This document shows, piece by piece, positions 35,401-47,800 of a stretch of DNA of 64,000 nt. A program made the position numbers and the translations under genes. The notes under the pieces are model-generated. The model saw nothing but the letters and a program-made list of their open reading frames with translations. It made no database searches and was not told the DNA's origin. The DNA lies in NCBI GenBank assembly GCA_013265495.1, contig MU058009.1, forward strand, positions 2,854,001 to 2,918,000, written 5' to 3'. Positions within the stretch are counted from its first letter, which is position 1. The number at the start of each line of letters is the position of its first letter. Origin of the DNA: Vicugna vicugna. Taxonomy: Eukaryota.

Positions 35401-37533
35401 ACGATGTTCATTCATTCATCCAACAAAGACGAGAGTGAAGAGGAGGCTCGGGTAGGACCCCGCTGGGCGGGAGATGACACTCAGGGAGACAGCAGGGTTG
35501 TCAGGGTCTGTCTAGAGCTCTAGGGTGAGACTGAGCTGCATTCAGATCTCAGCTCTTCATTCTCTAGGTGACCCTGAGCAGGTGAATTCTAGGTTTCCTC
35601 ACCTGTAAAGTGGTTTCAGTGCTAACGTATTTCACGTCCTGCTGTTGCGAGGATTAAGGGAGCTAATTAAAGTGAAATGCCTAGCGCAGTGCTGGGCGTG
35701 TGACGAATGCTAACTGGATGCTCGTGAGGAGGGTGACCCGCCAAAACACACCTGGGGACAAATGTGACCGCCTCCCCCCTTCCTGAGCGTCAGGCCCTGG
35801 CCTTGGGACGGGATGGAGGTGAGAGAAGGTAGAGCGGGGCTGGGGCTGAGGGAACCCCCTTCCGGGGCGATGGGCGATGGGCGATGGGCGCCGGGGCAGC
35901 TGGGGAAGTGTCTCTGTGCCTCTTCTGCTCCCACCTCCAGAGCCTCGGCTCCAGGCTTTCCGAGGCCCAGCACGTTCCCTTTGTTTTCAGGGGGATGCGC
36001 CCCCTGGAGAGCCCAGACCCCAGGTTTGGGAGAAGCAGGCGGTGGCGGGGGTGTGCAGGCGGGGCCCTGCTGTCTCCGTTGAGTGTGGTCAGCTCTGACA
36101 CCTAGGAGCCCAGGTGCTGGTGACAGCAGGGCCTCCATGGCTGTCCAGGGCCCTGCCTGACCGGCCCACAGACACAGTGCCCTCAGCTGAGCCCCGCTGG
36201 CAACTTCTCTGGGAGCTCGGGCGCTGCGGCTGTTGCAGGCTGTCCTTGTCCCTCAGGGGGCCTGTGGGGGAGACTGAGTGGGGAATTTAAGGCAGACCCC
36301 CCAGACTTGCTTCACTGGCTGAATGGCAGGTGTCCCATTCACGAACTAGTGGAAGCAGAAGGGGCTAAGACATTTCAACCTGCTCCTTGCTCAGATGAGG
36401 ACACCAGTGCCCGGAGAGGCTGACTTGCTTACATCAGGGAGCGAGTGTCCCAGCCAAGGCTTTGTGCAGGTCACCGACTCCAGGCCACATCCCTGCAGAC
36501 GTCGAACCCCAGCCCTGTCATCTCCCTTCCTCTTCCCCTTCCTCCCTCCCGCTCTGGAGGCGACACAGCTGGTGTGTCCGGCTGTGCCTGGTGTGGCCAC
36601 GGTCTCACTACCGCTCAGTTTGTGTGAGCCCTGAACACGGCTGTGGCAGGGGCCTGCCCCGGGTTTATGAAAGAATACAGGTCATGGAGTCACGGCATCG
36701 GAGGGCAGGGAGGCCCTCACACCGGGTGCCTGTCTGACCTCGCCCCCTCCACCCCCAGGCACGGCTACAATTTCGTGGTGGCCATCCCAGCAGGCGCCTC
36801 CAGCATTGACATCCGCCAGCGCGGCTACAAGGGGCTGATTGGAGACGACAACTATCTGGCCCTGAAGAACAGCCAAGGCAAGTACCTGCTCAACGGGCAC
36901 TTCGTGGTGTCGGCCGTGGAGCGGGACCTGGTGGTGAAGGGCAGCCTGCTGCGCTACAGCGGCACGGGGACCGCGGTGGAGAGCCTGCAGGCCTCCCGGC
37001 CCATCCTGGAGCCCCTGACGGTGGAGGTGCTCTCGGTGGGGAAGATGACGCCACCCCGGGTCCGCTACTCCTTCTACCTGCCCAAGGAGCCTCGGGAGGA
37101 CCGCTTGTCCCCGCCCAAGGACCCCCGGGCCCCCTCGGTGCTCCACAACAGTGTCCTCAGCCTCTCCAACCAAGTGGAGCAGCCGGACGCCCGGCCCTCT
37201 GCACGCTGGGTGGCGGGCAGTTGGGGGCCATGCTCGGCCAGCTGCGGGGGTGGCCTGCAGCGGCGGCCGGTGGACTGTCGTGGGTCCCCCGGGCCACGCG
37301 GGGCATCCGTCTGCGACGCTGCCCACCGGCCGGCGGAGACACGTGCCTGCGGGGAGCCCTGCCCGGCCTGGGAGCTGGGGGCCTGGTCGCCCTGCTCCAA
37401 GAGCTGTGGCCGGGGCTTCAAGAGGCGGCCCCTCAAGTGCGTGGGCCACAGGGGGCGGCTGCTGGCGCGGGACCAGTGCGACCTGCGCCGGAAGCCCCAG
37501 GAGCTGGACTTCTGCGTGTTGAGGCCATGCTGA
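19171..37533 (+). CDS. ADAMTS15: ADAMTS15, complete spliced CDS: join(19171..20127,29844..29976,30430..30597,30806..31089,33627..33804,34806..34987,35090..35265,36759..37533), 950 aa
   Basis: Exons 957+133+168+284+178+182+176+775 = 2853 nt, phases compatible, all GT-AG. Signal peptide, prodomain, RAKR|FVS furin site, [12 protein letters not shown] zinc motif, disintegrin-like, TSR1, Cys-rich, spacer, two C-terminal TSRs ending [11 protein letters not shown]. Confidence 0.97.
25575..25720 (+). mobile_element. MIR SINE (degenerate)
   Basis: ACCTTGGGC...CTCATCCTCAGAATGGGACTAGTAGT...GTCGTGCGGATT. Confidence 0.5.
26215..26390 (+). mobile_element. MIR SINE
   Basis: CTGAGCCTCCGTTTCCTCACCTGCAGGATGAG core. 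Confidence 0.65.
26568..26614. other. Assembly gap (47 N)
   Basis: N run inside a G-rich tract. Confidence 0.99.
29844..29976 (+). CDS. ADAMTS15: ADAMTS15 exon 2
   Basis: Pyrimidine tract + [50 protein letters not shown]; donor G|GTGAGG. Confidence 0.97.
30430..30597 (+). CDS. ADAMTS15: ADAMTS15 exon 3 (rest of zinc motif, Met-turn)
   Basis: [25 protein letters not shown]...HMMSP...[17 protein letters not shown]; donor G|GTAAGC. Confidence 0.97.
30806..31089 (+). CDS. ADAMTS15: ADAMTS15 exon 4 (disintegrin-like domain)
   Basis: [18 protein letters not shown]...QQCELAFG...[20 protein letters not shown]...RYR; donor AGG|GTGAGT. Confidence 0.97.
32020..32125 (+). mobile_element. L2 3' end
   Basis: GTGCCAGGCATGTAGGAGGAATTCAACAAATACTTGGCGAATGA. 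Confidence 0.6.
32206..32346. other. Assembly gap (141 N) with duplicated flanks
   Basis: GGAAGAAGTGATGCCAGGTT-A(n)-C occurs on both sides of the gap. Confidence 0.99.
33627..33804 (+). CDS. ADAMTS15: ADAMTS15 exon 5 (central thrombospondin type 1 repeat)
   Basis: [53 protein letters not shown]...CNLEPC; donor G|GTGAGG. Confidence 0.97.
34806..34987 (+). CDS. ADAMTS15: ADAMTS15 exon 6 (Cys-rich domain)
   Basis: [22 protein letters not shown]...[21 protein letters not shown]; donor AAG|GTGGGT. Confidence 0.96.
35090..35265 (+). CDS. ADAMTS15: ADAMTS15 exon 7 (Cys-rich domain end)
   Basis: [53 protein letters not shown]...; donor AT|GTGAGT. Confidence 0.97.
35520..35712 (+). mobile_element. 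MIR SINE
   Basis: GTTTCCTCACCTGTAAAGTGG...GTTGCGAGGATTAAGGGAGCTAAT...GCCTAGCGCAGTGCTGGGC. Confidence 0.7.
36759..37533 (+). CDS. ADAMTS15: ADAMTS15 exon 8 coding part (spacer, TSR2, TSR3, stop)
   Basis: [28 protein letters not shown]...[11 protein letters not shown]...[11 protein letters not shown]...CVLRPC TGA. Confidence 0.97.
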
Positions 37534-40163
37534 GCGGGGCTGGCCCTCTTCCTCTCTCTCCACCTCCGTGGGGCTGCCATGGGCAGAGAGCAGTGGCCGG
37601 GGGCCCAAGCCACAGGGTCCCCCACATCCAGGGACAAGGGCCTGGGTGGGGTGAGAGGCTCCTCCTCCCCCCCGGTCTGGGCGGGGAAGGCAAGTCACTA
37701 ACGCACAGTCTACCTCATGCCCGGCTCCTCTGGGTCCAGCCTCGGGGAGAGGCTGAGAGGTGCTCAGATGCTGGGCCGGAGGCTCGGGGCCCATCTCCGA
37801 GGGACCTGGAGGATGGGCTCCTCCCAACGGGACTTCAGGGACCTTGGCCCCCGTCAGGGAGGCTGCAGGCTGCTGGAAGAGCCAGGGCCCAGCAGCCTGG
37901 CACCCTCAGGGGGCCCCAGGGCTCTGAGCCGTCTCTGAACAAGGCAGGTCATCATGGTGCTGTCAGCCACTTTGTTTTCTCACCGACACGGACTCAACAG
38001 TGAAAACTGGCCGGGGGTGGGCTGAGCTGAGGGGGCAGTGGGGTTGGTGTAACTGGAGCCTGGGCCGCTCTACTTGGGATGAGGCGTGTGTGGGGGGTCC
38101 TGATTTCAGCCGTCGCTTGCAGGGTCACCTCCTCTCCCTGTGCCGTCCAGCTGCCTGACAAGTGGGGGTGCTTCGGCAGGTGTCCTCCGCGGCTTTGCAG
38201 GTAGAGACAGGTAGTCAGGAGGGAGACTGGCCTTCTTCAAGAGGGAGCTGAGCATTTAAAACAAAGATGCTGAGAAGACTTCCCAGGGGTGGATTCTGTG
38301 GCTGAAGCAGGAGTCTGAAGAGAGAGCTAGAGCATCCTACTGTCTCTGGGCCTGGGTGTGCGCTTTGGGGGAGTGTCGCCTGGGATGGGGAGGAGGAGGC
38401 CCCAGTTCTGCTGGCGTCTTCCTCCAGGGAGGCAGGTGTAAGCAAGGCTGATACCTTCATCCAGCACTGCCCTAGTCCTGATCCCACTAAGGGGGCCCTG
38501 GGACACGCCCGGGAGGGCCAGGTGCGGGACATGCATGTGGATGTCATCAGACAGCCACACGCGGTCTGGCCTGGGCATACCACATTGCATCACAGGCTGC
38601 AGTTTCTGCAGCTGGATAATGGGGTTCACTGTTTGCTACCTCAGGCTGTGCTCTCTGGGAACCCACCCTTGTCCCTCCGCAGGGGCAGTGGTGACCCTGG
38701 TGCCTCCAGCAGACGCAGCTGTCGTCCCCTGTGGTCTGAGCTGCCCAGACTCAAGAGTGAGCTTGGGTGCATGCTTCCTGGACCCACAGCCCAGCCACCC
38801 ACCGAGCCTCCAGATGTGGTGACAGGGTCTCTCTCTCCGGGTGCTTTGGGGACAGGTTTCAGGAGGCACAAAGGCAACTGGCTGACCCGGGGGCCCTTAG
38901 CAGCCACCAGCAGGAGCTGCTGGAGACGGGTGCATCTTGGAGATGTGTTAGTGGGGTAGAAGCCAGGGTGTTTCCTGCAGCTCCGAGTGGGAAGACGTTG
39001 TGGGGTTAGAGCTGTTTGTCCAAGCAGGCTCTTCCTTGAGGGTGCAGCTGTCCCAGCACGAACATGGGAGAGTCTGCTTCTGAGTGTAGGGCATGAGTCC
39101 TGGTCCTCAGTGAGGTGACATCACAGCGAGTGTCTTCCCTGGGGAAGGGAGTCAGTCCCCCCTTTTTATTTTTTTTGGTTTCCACTAATAGTCACTCCAC
39201 AGACCAGCCTGCCAGCCAGGCATGGCCGGGATGGTGCTCTTACCCCTGGCTCAGCCTGGCGGAGCCCTCAAACACGCTCCCACACGGGGCAGAGGGCAGG
39301 CGGATCGCTGCGGCAGGGCTGCGGTCACCCTTGAAGACGGGAGCGAGGAGGAATCCCGCCCCCCCATGAGTGAACACTGCGGGGCTGCAGGGCACCCGGG
39401 GAGACGTGGACCCCTCTGGCTGACGACAGCACCGCCCACGGGCCTGGTGCCCCCATCCTCGGCGAGGAGAGGGTGGCTCGGGGGCTGTGCGGAAGGGGCA
39501 GGGATCGGGGGGGAGGGAAGGGAGCCGCCGTCGGCGGGGGCGCCTGGCCCCCAGCACCGCGGCCTTACCAGTCATTTCTAGGAGGGACAACCGACCTTGT
39601 TCCTGACACAAGCTGGGCCTTGATGCTCTTTTCTGTCGTGATGCTTTTCTATTTCCTTTTTAAAAGAAGTACAACCAAGACAACTTGGGAGGCGTGTCTT
39701 GTCTTGGACATTTCTCTAATCCAACCCATACTCTCCACGGCTGAGCAGAGACATGCCTCAAGGCACAGGCGAAGGTGCAGGTGGTACCTCACGGCTCTGG
39801 AAGAAGAGCAGCATTCCGGGGGCCGCAGCAGCCTCTCCTGGGGTGTGGACAGTAAGGACCTGGGCTTGGGAGCCCCTGCCTCCTCTGCCCGTCGTGTGCA
39901 CTGATTGGAGGAGCCCAGCCTCGTGTGCCTTGCCGTGTGGGAGCCGGGGCTGGGGAGCTGAGGAGAGGTGGGGGGACCTGAGTGTCCCCGGCCTGGGCGT
40001 TGGCTCCCAGAGGCACTAGACACTGTCATGTATGGAGCCCCCATTGTGTTTGGTTCTTTTGCATTCCGTGTGCTGCAGAAGGAAGGAGGACCTGGGTGCG
40101 GCTGGGCTGTGTATACTGTGTATACGTGGGAGCTGGCCACTGCGGGGACAACGGTCCACTCCT

Positions 40164-40169
40164 AATAAA
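40164..40169 (+). terminator. ADAMTS15: Likely ADAMTS15 polyadenylation signal (3' UTR about 2.65 kb)
   Basis: First AATAAA I find after the stop; upstream TGTA elements at 40029, 40110, 40119; downstream GT-rich GTGTCC / TCTGTG. Confidence 0.8.
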
Positions 40170-41209
40170 GTTGTATTTAAGACCCGTGTCCTGCCTCTGT
40201 GACTTCACCTCAGCTCCACACATACTCCCCATGCCTACTGAGCACCCACTGTGTGCCCGCAAAGGTGCCAGGGGCCACGATGCCACAGCACAGTCCCTGA
40301 CCTGGGCAGCTCCCAGGCTGGCCAGGAGGCGGATGGGGACAGGTGAGGAGATGGAGGAGGGGATGAGCCGATGCTAAGAAGGAGAACTTGGGTCGGGGTG
40401 TGGGGTGTGGGGCTGAGTGACCGGGAAGGGCTGGCACACCCCGGAAGGGGCACACCCGCTGAGAGGGGTGGGAGCCCTTCAGCAGCAGAGCGCAGGCTGG
40501 GGCTTGTGGGCTCCTGAGGGAGCGGCTGTGGGGGCGGACCCTGGGTCAGGGGGCCCACCATACGGGGGCTCCAGGCACCTGCCTTAGGAGGGAATCCCAG
40601 GTCTTCTGAGGGGAAGTTTCACTCTGTCTGGAGCATGTTTCCCTCTTCCTACTTCTGTCGTGGCCCCGGACAGTGTTAGCAGATGTCCCGGCAGGGGACG
40701 GACATGCGCATTTTAAAGAACATCCAACTGAGAGCCCAGGAACTTGCCTTGGTCTCAGATCTGAGGCTGTATCTTGGAACCCCATTTCCTGATGCACAAA
40801 GTGAGGAAGGTAGAATGTATGTTCCTTTAAGGCGTTTCCAGCAGTCACATTTTGGTTTCTAGGCACGGGCACGGCTGAAGTTTTGGTGGATGATAATTTG
40901 GGATTCAGAGATGAATGGGCTCCTCCTTGTGAGGGGTCCAGAGGGGTGTGGACAAAGCTTGGGCACTTGGTAGGAAGTTCTGGTGGCAGGAGGGGGTGGC
41001 CGGAAGAGCCTGCTAACTGCGAGCAGCTGGGGGCCGGGGTGGGGTCTGGAGGGTTAGGGTCGATTTGTGAGCAGGTGGTCAGCAACCGTAAGATCTTTGT
41101 AAAACTGCTCCCGTCCCTGGGGCTGCCGTTTTTGCTACTCCTGCTTTCCATTGTAGCAATTGCCAGTAAAACCTTTGTAAGGAAAAGTTCCCACGGTCTG
41201 GGGGAAAGG

Positions 41210-41600
41210 AAAACTATTTCTTTGTCTACAATACTTTTGACACCAAATTCATGTTTTTTACCCCCTCGCCAACCCATTCTCCACCTCTCCGGACACCAAC
41301 TGGGTGTCCTGTAATTTAATTCACTTCTGACACTAACTGCCTGGAGTTAGCATCAGACTCCACAGGTTAAGGGCTCAGTCCCGCAAGACTGCCCGCACTT
41401 CCGACACCAGTCACAAGCAAGGGGTCCCCAGGGCAGGGTTCCCCCACTTCTGACTGACTTGGCTACAAAGTGAGGGTTCCCACAGTTCCCTCTCAAGTTT
41501 GATAATCTGCTGGAACGGCTCACAAAACTCAGGGAAACATTTGCTCATGTTCCCTAGTGTATCGTAAAGGTCATGATAAAGGGTACAGGTGAACAGAGGG
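41210..41600 (-). mobile_element. MER21-like ERVL LTR, 3' part
   Basis: TCTGACACTAACTGCCTGGAGTTAG...CACAGGTTAAGGGCTCAGTCCCGCAAGACTGCCC...GGCTCACAAAACTCAGGGAAAC. Confidence 0.8.
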
Positions 41601-41674
41601 GGTACACAGGGAGGGTCCCGAGTCCCCCACTGCCTGCAGGGTGGGACCCAGCCCTCCTGCCTTCCTCGTTTATC

Positions 41675-41790
41675 TGCTGCGACACAATAAGAAACATATA
41701 TTGGTCTTTGTCCCCTAGCTCCTGACACAGGACTTCTAAAACACGTGTAATTTCCTGAGTGATGGGGGTGCTCGGAGCATTTTTAATCTG
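41675..41790 (+). mobile_element. MER21-like LTR, 5' part
   Basis: CAATAAGAAACATATATTGGTCTTTGTCCCC...CCTGACACAG...CTAAAAC...AATTTCCTGAGTGAT. Confidence 0.65.
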
Positions 41791-43300
41791 TGACCCTAGA
41801 CACTGGAGCTCTGTGCCCAGGCAAGGTACCAGGGTAGCAGCTTACACCAACTCATCTAAAGCAGACAAATCCGCCTGTACTTTTAAGCTCTCTGGAGAAG
41901 GAAGGAGCAGTTTCTTAACCTCACTGGCCTTTGAAGAGAGGCAGGGACAATTTGCTTTGTAATTAGTCCTCGGGAGAAGAATGTCTTCTTGCTCAGGAGA
42001 GAAAAAAGCCTCTATAATTGCATAAAGGTCTTGACTCCCTAGGCCACGCTCCGCCTGCCTGGCGAGCCCTGGCTGGCCCCCAGCAGGCTGAGCTTGCAGG
42101 GCCAACAGCTGCGTGTGTGACCCCAGAGTCTTTCCGTGGCCCCTTGGCTTGTGCCCAGCCCTGCTGGGTGAGTCAGGCCTGCAGCCTGCAGTCCACGCAG
42201 CAGAGCCCAGAAGAGCCCAGCGTCTCCCTCCAGCCTCCCCAGAAGCCACCCTCACCCACCAACCCACACAGCCCAGAGGGAACTGCAGTGGCCTCCTCAC
42301 TGCATGTGTCCTGGGGCCCTGGAGGGGGAGACCCTCCTCGCCCCGTCGTGGGGGCCCCGCGGGAGGAGACCCTGCGCTGCACCGGAAGCACCCCCTCCCC
42401 TCCCAGCCGCACCAGCCCAGCCCCTGCCCTCAGCTGGGAAGGCCTCACGCTATTCCTTCTCCCGCACTTGTGGTCAGCAATGTAACTCACATTCCAAGCA
42501 CTGGCCAGAACGCTGTCCAGGGAGATAACAGTTCCTGGCTTCCAGAGGCATTCCAACGAAGAAACAGAACTATTTGTCTCCGAAGGAAAGTGATTCTGGC
42601 AGAAAGGGCAGGATAGAGGGAGAGGGAGAAAGAAGGGAATCTCCTGAAAAACTGGATTTGGGAACATGGTGAAAATATTGCTGGGGCAGATGCTTGGAGG
42701 CTGATGAGGTTTTCAGCCGTGTCCCCGAGCTGTGACAAGTGGTCCCCTTGCCCCAGCCCTCTCCCTGGCCTCCATCTGGGCCACTGTCCTAGGCAGTACG
42801 CGTTGTCTGGGACTTCTGGTCGCACGAGCTGAGATTCTAGGCTCAGCAGAGAGGACCCATCAGCTCCTCCGTGATTCATCCGGCAGAGTCCCGACGTGGT
42901 GGTGGTGGTGGTGACGGCGTTGAGGAGAGAGCCACTGAGAGGCCTAAGGAAGTGGACTCAGGAGGACGACATGACCTCTTCGAGGACACTCCTGGGCCTG
43001 GGTCCGCAGTGCGAGGGGCCCCGGCCCAGGCAGCCCTTGCTCACCCCCAGCGCAGGGCCCGGCCCAGTCAACAGTCAGGGAGTGTTTCCAGGAAGGAGGT
43101 TTCCCGGGACGAGGCTCTCCCCTACCCCCTGTGCTTCAGGAGGCCGTGCCAGCCTCTTGGTGAGGCAAGGAGACACGGCCTGTTCCTTTCTTTTGCCCTG
43201 AAAGATTTCTTGGAATCACTTGAGAGCATTTTCTCGAAGCAGTGTTTTGTGGTTTCTAAAGGACCTCTTAACATAACTCAGACTGGCCCTGATTCCTGCA

Positions 43301-43768
43301 CAGGCAGACCTGGGAGATGGTGCAGGTTCCGAAGATCACGATAGAATTGCACGGAGTTTTTGTTTTCCCAGTGCATGTAAAAGTCCTGTTTACACTATTC
43401 TTTAGTCTATAGCATTATGTCTAAAAAAAGCATATGCCTTAATTTAAAAAATACTGTATTGCTAAAAAATGCTAACCATAAATCTGAGCCTTTAGAGAGG
43501 AATAATCTCTTTCTAATAGTAACATCAAAGATCACTTACCACAGATCACCATACCAAACGTAATAATAAAGAAAATTTAAAATATCATGAGAATAACTGA
43601 AATGTGACACAAAGACATGAAATGACCAAATGTGGTAGGAAAAATGGTGCCGATAGACTTGCTCGATGCAAGGTTGCCACAAAATTTCAATTTGCAAAAA
43701 AAAAAACAAACCCATGCAGTATCTGCAATGCATAAAAAAGTGACGTGCAATAAAAAGAGGCTAGCCCA
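43301..43768 (-). mobile_element. Internally deleted Tigger1 derivative (Tigger1a_Art-like MITE)
   Basis: Both Tigger1-like ends present (CAGGCAGACCTGGGAGAT... and ...GCAATAAAAAGAGGCTAGCC); GGAAAAATGGTGCCGATAGACTTGCTCGATGCAAGGTTGCCACAAA; no transposase. Confidence 0.85.
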
Positions 43769-44049
43769 TAATCTCCTCTCATAGGAAACTTATGCAATTG
43801 ATTGCTTTCCTGGTATATTTCCCGGGGAGCCTCTGCCGAGGTTTTTAGGGCTGGCATTTGGCCCTTGGAACCACCAAATGAACCCAGAGCTGGGAGAGGC
43901 CCCAGAAGCCTCAGGTGGTTCGAGTTCTTCTGTGTGTCAAAGGAGCAGAGAAGGATGGCGAGGAGTGAGTAAGTCTGGCAAGGGAGCCCACACCCCCACA
44001 GTTCTTTATTTTCCCTGGAAACCTCGGGAAGCTTCCCTCCCGCCCCGTT

Positions 44050-44700
44050 TCTTTCCTTAAAATAAATATTTGACATACACAAGGAACAAAGAGTAATAAA
44101 ATAGAGCATAGGTGCTAATCCCCCAGTGTAGTAAGTGAAACATCATTGTCACTGTCACGTCACTGTCACCGTCATGTCACCATCACGTCACCGTGGAGCT
44201 GAGACCTCCCCCTCCACGCCCCTCCCTCCTCTGCTGGGAGCGGGGACCATCACCTTGAATTTGGTATTTATCGTCCCCAGCCATTCCTTTATCCTGAATA
44301 TTGCCTGTGTCCCTAAACAAGGTCTAGTTTGCTTGGCCTGCTTTTCAGTGGTACCTGGAGCGTAGCACCTGCACGCACCTGCATGGACAGGTGTCCTTCT
44401 GCCTTTTACTTATTTTGCTTAACGGTCTGTCTGTAGGAGTCCCTCGCGTGGTACACGTCATTCTGGCTCGCCCGTTCTTCAGTCTGGTATATTATTTCAT
44501 CATTTAGATACGACGGACGGACATTTAGGTTGGATCAGAATCTTGCTAATACAAAGAATTCTGCCGTGAAGAAGAGCGTGCATTGTCCGAGAGACTTTAG
44601 AGGTGGAATTTCTGGACCATAGGGTAGGTGCGTCTTCAGCTTCATTATGAGCTATTTCCAAGCTGTTCTCCAAAGTGGTTTTACCGCCTTGAATTTTCCC
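44050..44700 (-). mobile_element. Old L1 (L1ME-like) 3' fragment, containing a GTCAC-type simple repeat at 44146-44194
   Basis: GGACATTTAGGTTG...TTGCTAATACAAAGAATTCTGC...TTCTCCAAAGTGGTTTTACC. Confidence 0.55.
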
Positions 44701-46879
44701 AATGTGCCTTTTTTATGGCCTCCCTCGCCCCCCAGCCGGGGCTGCTTCCTGACCCACTTCCCTGTTGGGTAGGACTCACCTGTCTGCAGTGCCTTTTTTT
44801 CCCTCTAGCTCCAGCAGGAAATAGATGCACACTCAACGAGGGATAATTTGAGGAGGGAATCGACTGAAGAACTGTTTACAAAGGTGTGGGCAGGGCGTTG
44901 GGGAACTCCCAAGAGCCAGCGCAGCACCCCAGGTGGGGACTCTTGGGTTTGCCCTGGAAAGGCGAGGGGAGAAAGGTTTTGGGGACCAGAGCTAGGGAGG
45001 TCTCTGTAGAAAGGGCGGCCAGACAGGAGTGGGGGTTTTCGACTGGGGGACACAGCTGCAGTTGGTTTAACTTCAAAAGACGAAATTACAGTACTTAGCT
45101 CCTGCAGTTTCCGTGTGAGTTCCGTGGGCTGATGTGTTCAGCACGGTGCCTGGGATGCAGAGATCACTCCGTAAATGCTAGTTAGTTATTACTCTAAACC
45201 GGAGTAGGTTACAGAGGCTCAAGAATTCTCAAAGAATTTTCAGAGTCATTATTTCCCAGTTTGTGTTCAAATATGAGTGGGTTAAGGTTATTCTCTTAGG
45301 TGTGTCCCTGACATAAAAAAAAAGAAAGAAAGAAATGTGTTATCTCCGTTTTCCGTAGTCTTCTGGGGCTCTGCCTACTGCTTTTTTCCTGGCACTCAGG
45401 AGTCGATGTGGTTCCTGCTTCCTGGACATTGCAGAACTGTTTCTGGGAGATGAAACTCCAAGATTTTGAAGAATAAATTTCTCAATCCTTTCCCAAATTT
45501 TTATTATGAAATACATCAGGCATACAAGACTGGAACGACTAGAGTAATCCTCTGCTTAGAATGTGTAATTATTACTTTTCTGTATTTTCTTCATCTCTTT
45601 CATGGAGAGACATTTGTTGGCCAACCATTTGGAAGCTGCATCCTGACCCTTCCCTCCTAAATACTTCATGTGCATTTCCTAAGAGTAGAGACAGTTTTCC
45701 ACATAATCATGGCATTATTATCATAGCTAGGAAAATGGACAGCCCCACGACAGCGTCAGACACCCAGTCCACGTTCAGATTTCCCAGTTGTTCCCAGAGT
45801 GTTGTGTATAGGATTCAATCAAGGTTCTCACTATCACTTTCATTCCCAGGGGTTTCCTCCTGGTGCCTTTGACTTGTCCCATTTCTGTCTGTGTTTCCGT
45901 GTGGCTCTCACACTGGGTGATGTCTGGAGGCTTCCAGGGCCAGGGGCCCCCGAGCAGTGAAGCTGTGGGATGGCTCAGTTTCCCTGGCTCTTGCTTCGAT
46001 GACTGGAGGACATGCACATGCTCTTTCATCCGTGCACTGGCGCTCAGCCAGCTTTTTCCCTGTAGGTCCCCTGCTCTTCCATGGAGTCCAAGGTCCCTCC
46101 TCTGTAATCTTCAAAACCCCGGAGACTACATCAGGGTAAAATGATGGATGTGTGCCTGTTCCTGTGAAAGGCCTCTCCTACGTCTTCAGTTCTAAGTGGG
46201 TCGTTTAAATCCAGTGATTCACGTCATTTATTCCACAAGTATCTGCATATCTACCAGGTATCTGAGACGGTTCAGAATATTCCTCTCTCCACTTCCTTTG
46301 CTTGGGTCCCCTTCTCTGTCTGGCTGTTCCTGCTCAGTGTCCTCAAGAGCTCCTCTTCCCCCTTCAGCCTTCAACGCCGGCGCTCCGGGCAGCCCCCTGG
46401 CTTTCCCGGGGTGGGGGGTGGGGCACAGGCTGTCCCGCTGCCTCAGTTAAAACCAGCACAGGAACGGCGTCTGAGTCTGCCTCCTGAACCCTTCCCGGAC
46501 CTGTGCCGCCCAGACGCCCGCGGGCAGGGACCCCACATCTCATCATGGTTACACAACTCCATCCCACCTCCCAAATGTCTTTAAAATGGTCCCCTCTGTC
46601 CCTTTCGACTGCGATTGCCTTAGTGCAGACGAGCGTCACGTCTCACCTGGGGGACGCTTGTCGCCTCTTCCCATCCTCTCTGGTCCCAGATCCGTCCCCC
46701 TTCAGACCTTCCTCCAGGAAGGACTTTCAGTCTGGACAGCAGTTGCCCGTTTTGTGCTCTCCCGGCGCCCTCAGTGTCCTTCTGACGTTCCATTAATGGC
46801 TTGCGTGTCTCTTCAGTGATACTCCGAGGCCCTTGGGGGCACTTGCATTTAGGAAGTGCTTGGCTCACGGTAATGACAT

Positions 46880-47085
46880 GACAATAGCCACCACTTAGCG
46901 TTAACTATATGTGAACATTGTGCCTGGGGCTTTACTTGTGCTGGGGTATTTATTCTTCATAACAACATTAGGGACTATATTACTGTGCCCTTATGCATAT
47001 GAGGAAGCTGAGGGCCCAAGATGTAAAGGACCTAGTTTGGGTCCTCCCAACTTGTAAGTGGCAGAGCCAGGTCTCAAACTGCACA
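46880..47085 (-). mobile_element. MIR SINE
   Basis: ATTTATTCTTCATAACAAC...TATGAGGAAGCTGAGGGCCCA...GTAAGTGGCAGAGCCAGG. Confidence 0.7.
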
Positions 47086-47109
47086 GGTATCGAATGAGTT
47101 ACAGAATGA

Positions 47110-47800
47110 ACCCGTTTGTTGAAGAGGCTCACATTTTATTGGGGGCACAGGCAAATGACTGTGCGGAGTGTGGGAGGGCTGTAATCGGGGTGTGTATTAG
47201 ATCCATGGGGCTGTAGAAACGGCAGTGTCAGTGATAACGTCCAGTGGATCTTGGGAGAAATGATGTGGAGCTGAAGTAGGTCTTGAAGAATGAACAGAAC
47301 TCATTGGTAGCAAAGGAGGGAAGGCATTCCTCACGGTGGGGCCAGCATGGGCAATGGCGTGGGTGCGTCAGGGATGAGGACACTTGGTGTGGCTGGACTG
47401 CAGGACGCGTGGGGCCCGTGGTGGGAGAGGAGGCTTAAAGGCTGGGCCGCGGCCTCGTCGCGAAGGGCCTTCTGTGCCATGTAAAGGAGTCTGTGCTTTG
47501 GTGGGCGGTAGGATTTAAATCAGGTATTTAACTCAGATCAGATTTTAATCTGCTCACAGCTCTGTAGTCAGCATGGGCAGGGACAGGAAACGACTGCTGG
47601 CAGAAAGACCGAGTAAGAGGCTCCAGCAGTAATCCAGATTGAAGATCACAAAAGCCTGGACTAGGGCAGAGTGAGTGGATCGGAGAAGACGACATACATT
47701 CTAGAAATGCACAGGGTTAAGGGGGAGCCGGTCTGGACTGACTAACTGTGCGCAGAGGATGACAATGAAGGAAGAGTCAGAGGAAACTGCAGATGAATGT
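47110..47800 (-). mobile_element. L2 fragment
   Basis: GGAGGGAAGGCATTCC...GAAGGGCCTTCTGTGCCATGTAAAGGAGTCTG...GCAGTAATCCAG; boundaries approximate. Confidence 0.6.

Noticed and set aside
36682..37827. 381-aa antisense ORF over ADAMTS15 exon 8
   Set aside because: Mirror-frame artefact of G/C-ending codon usage.
40546..41277. 243-aa minus-strand ORF
   Set aside because: Starts inside an LTR fragment; no homology or exon structure recognised.
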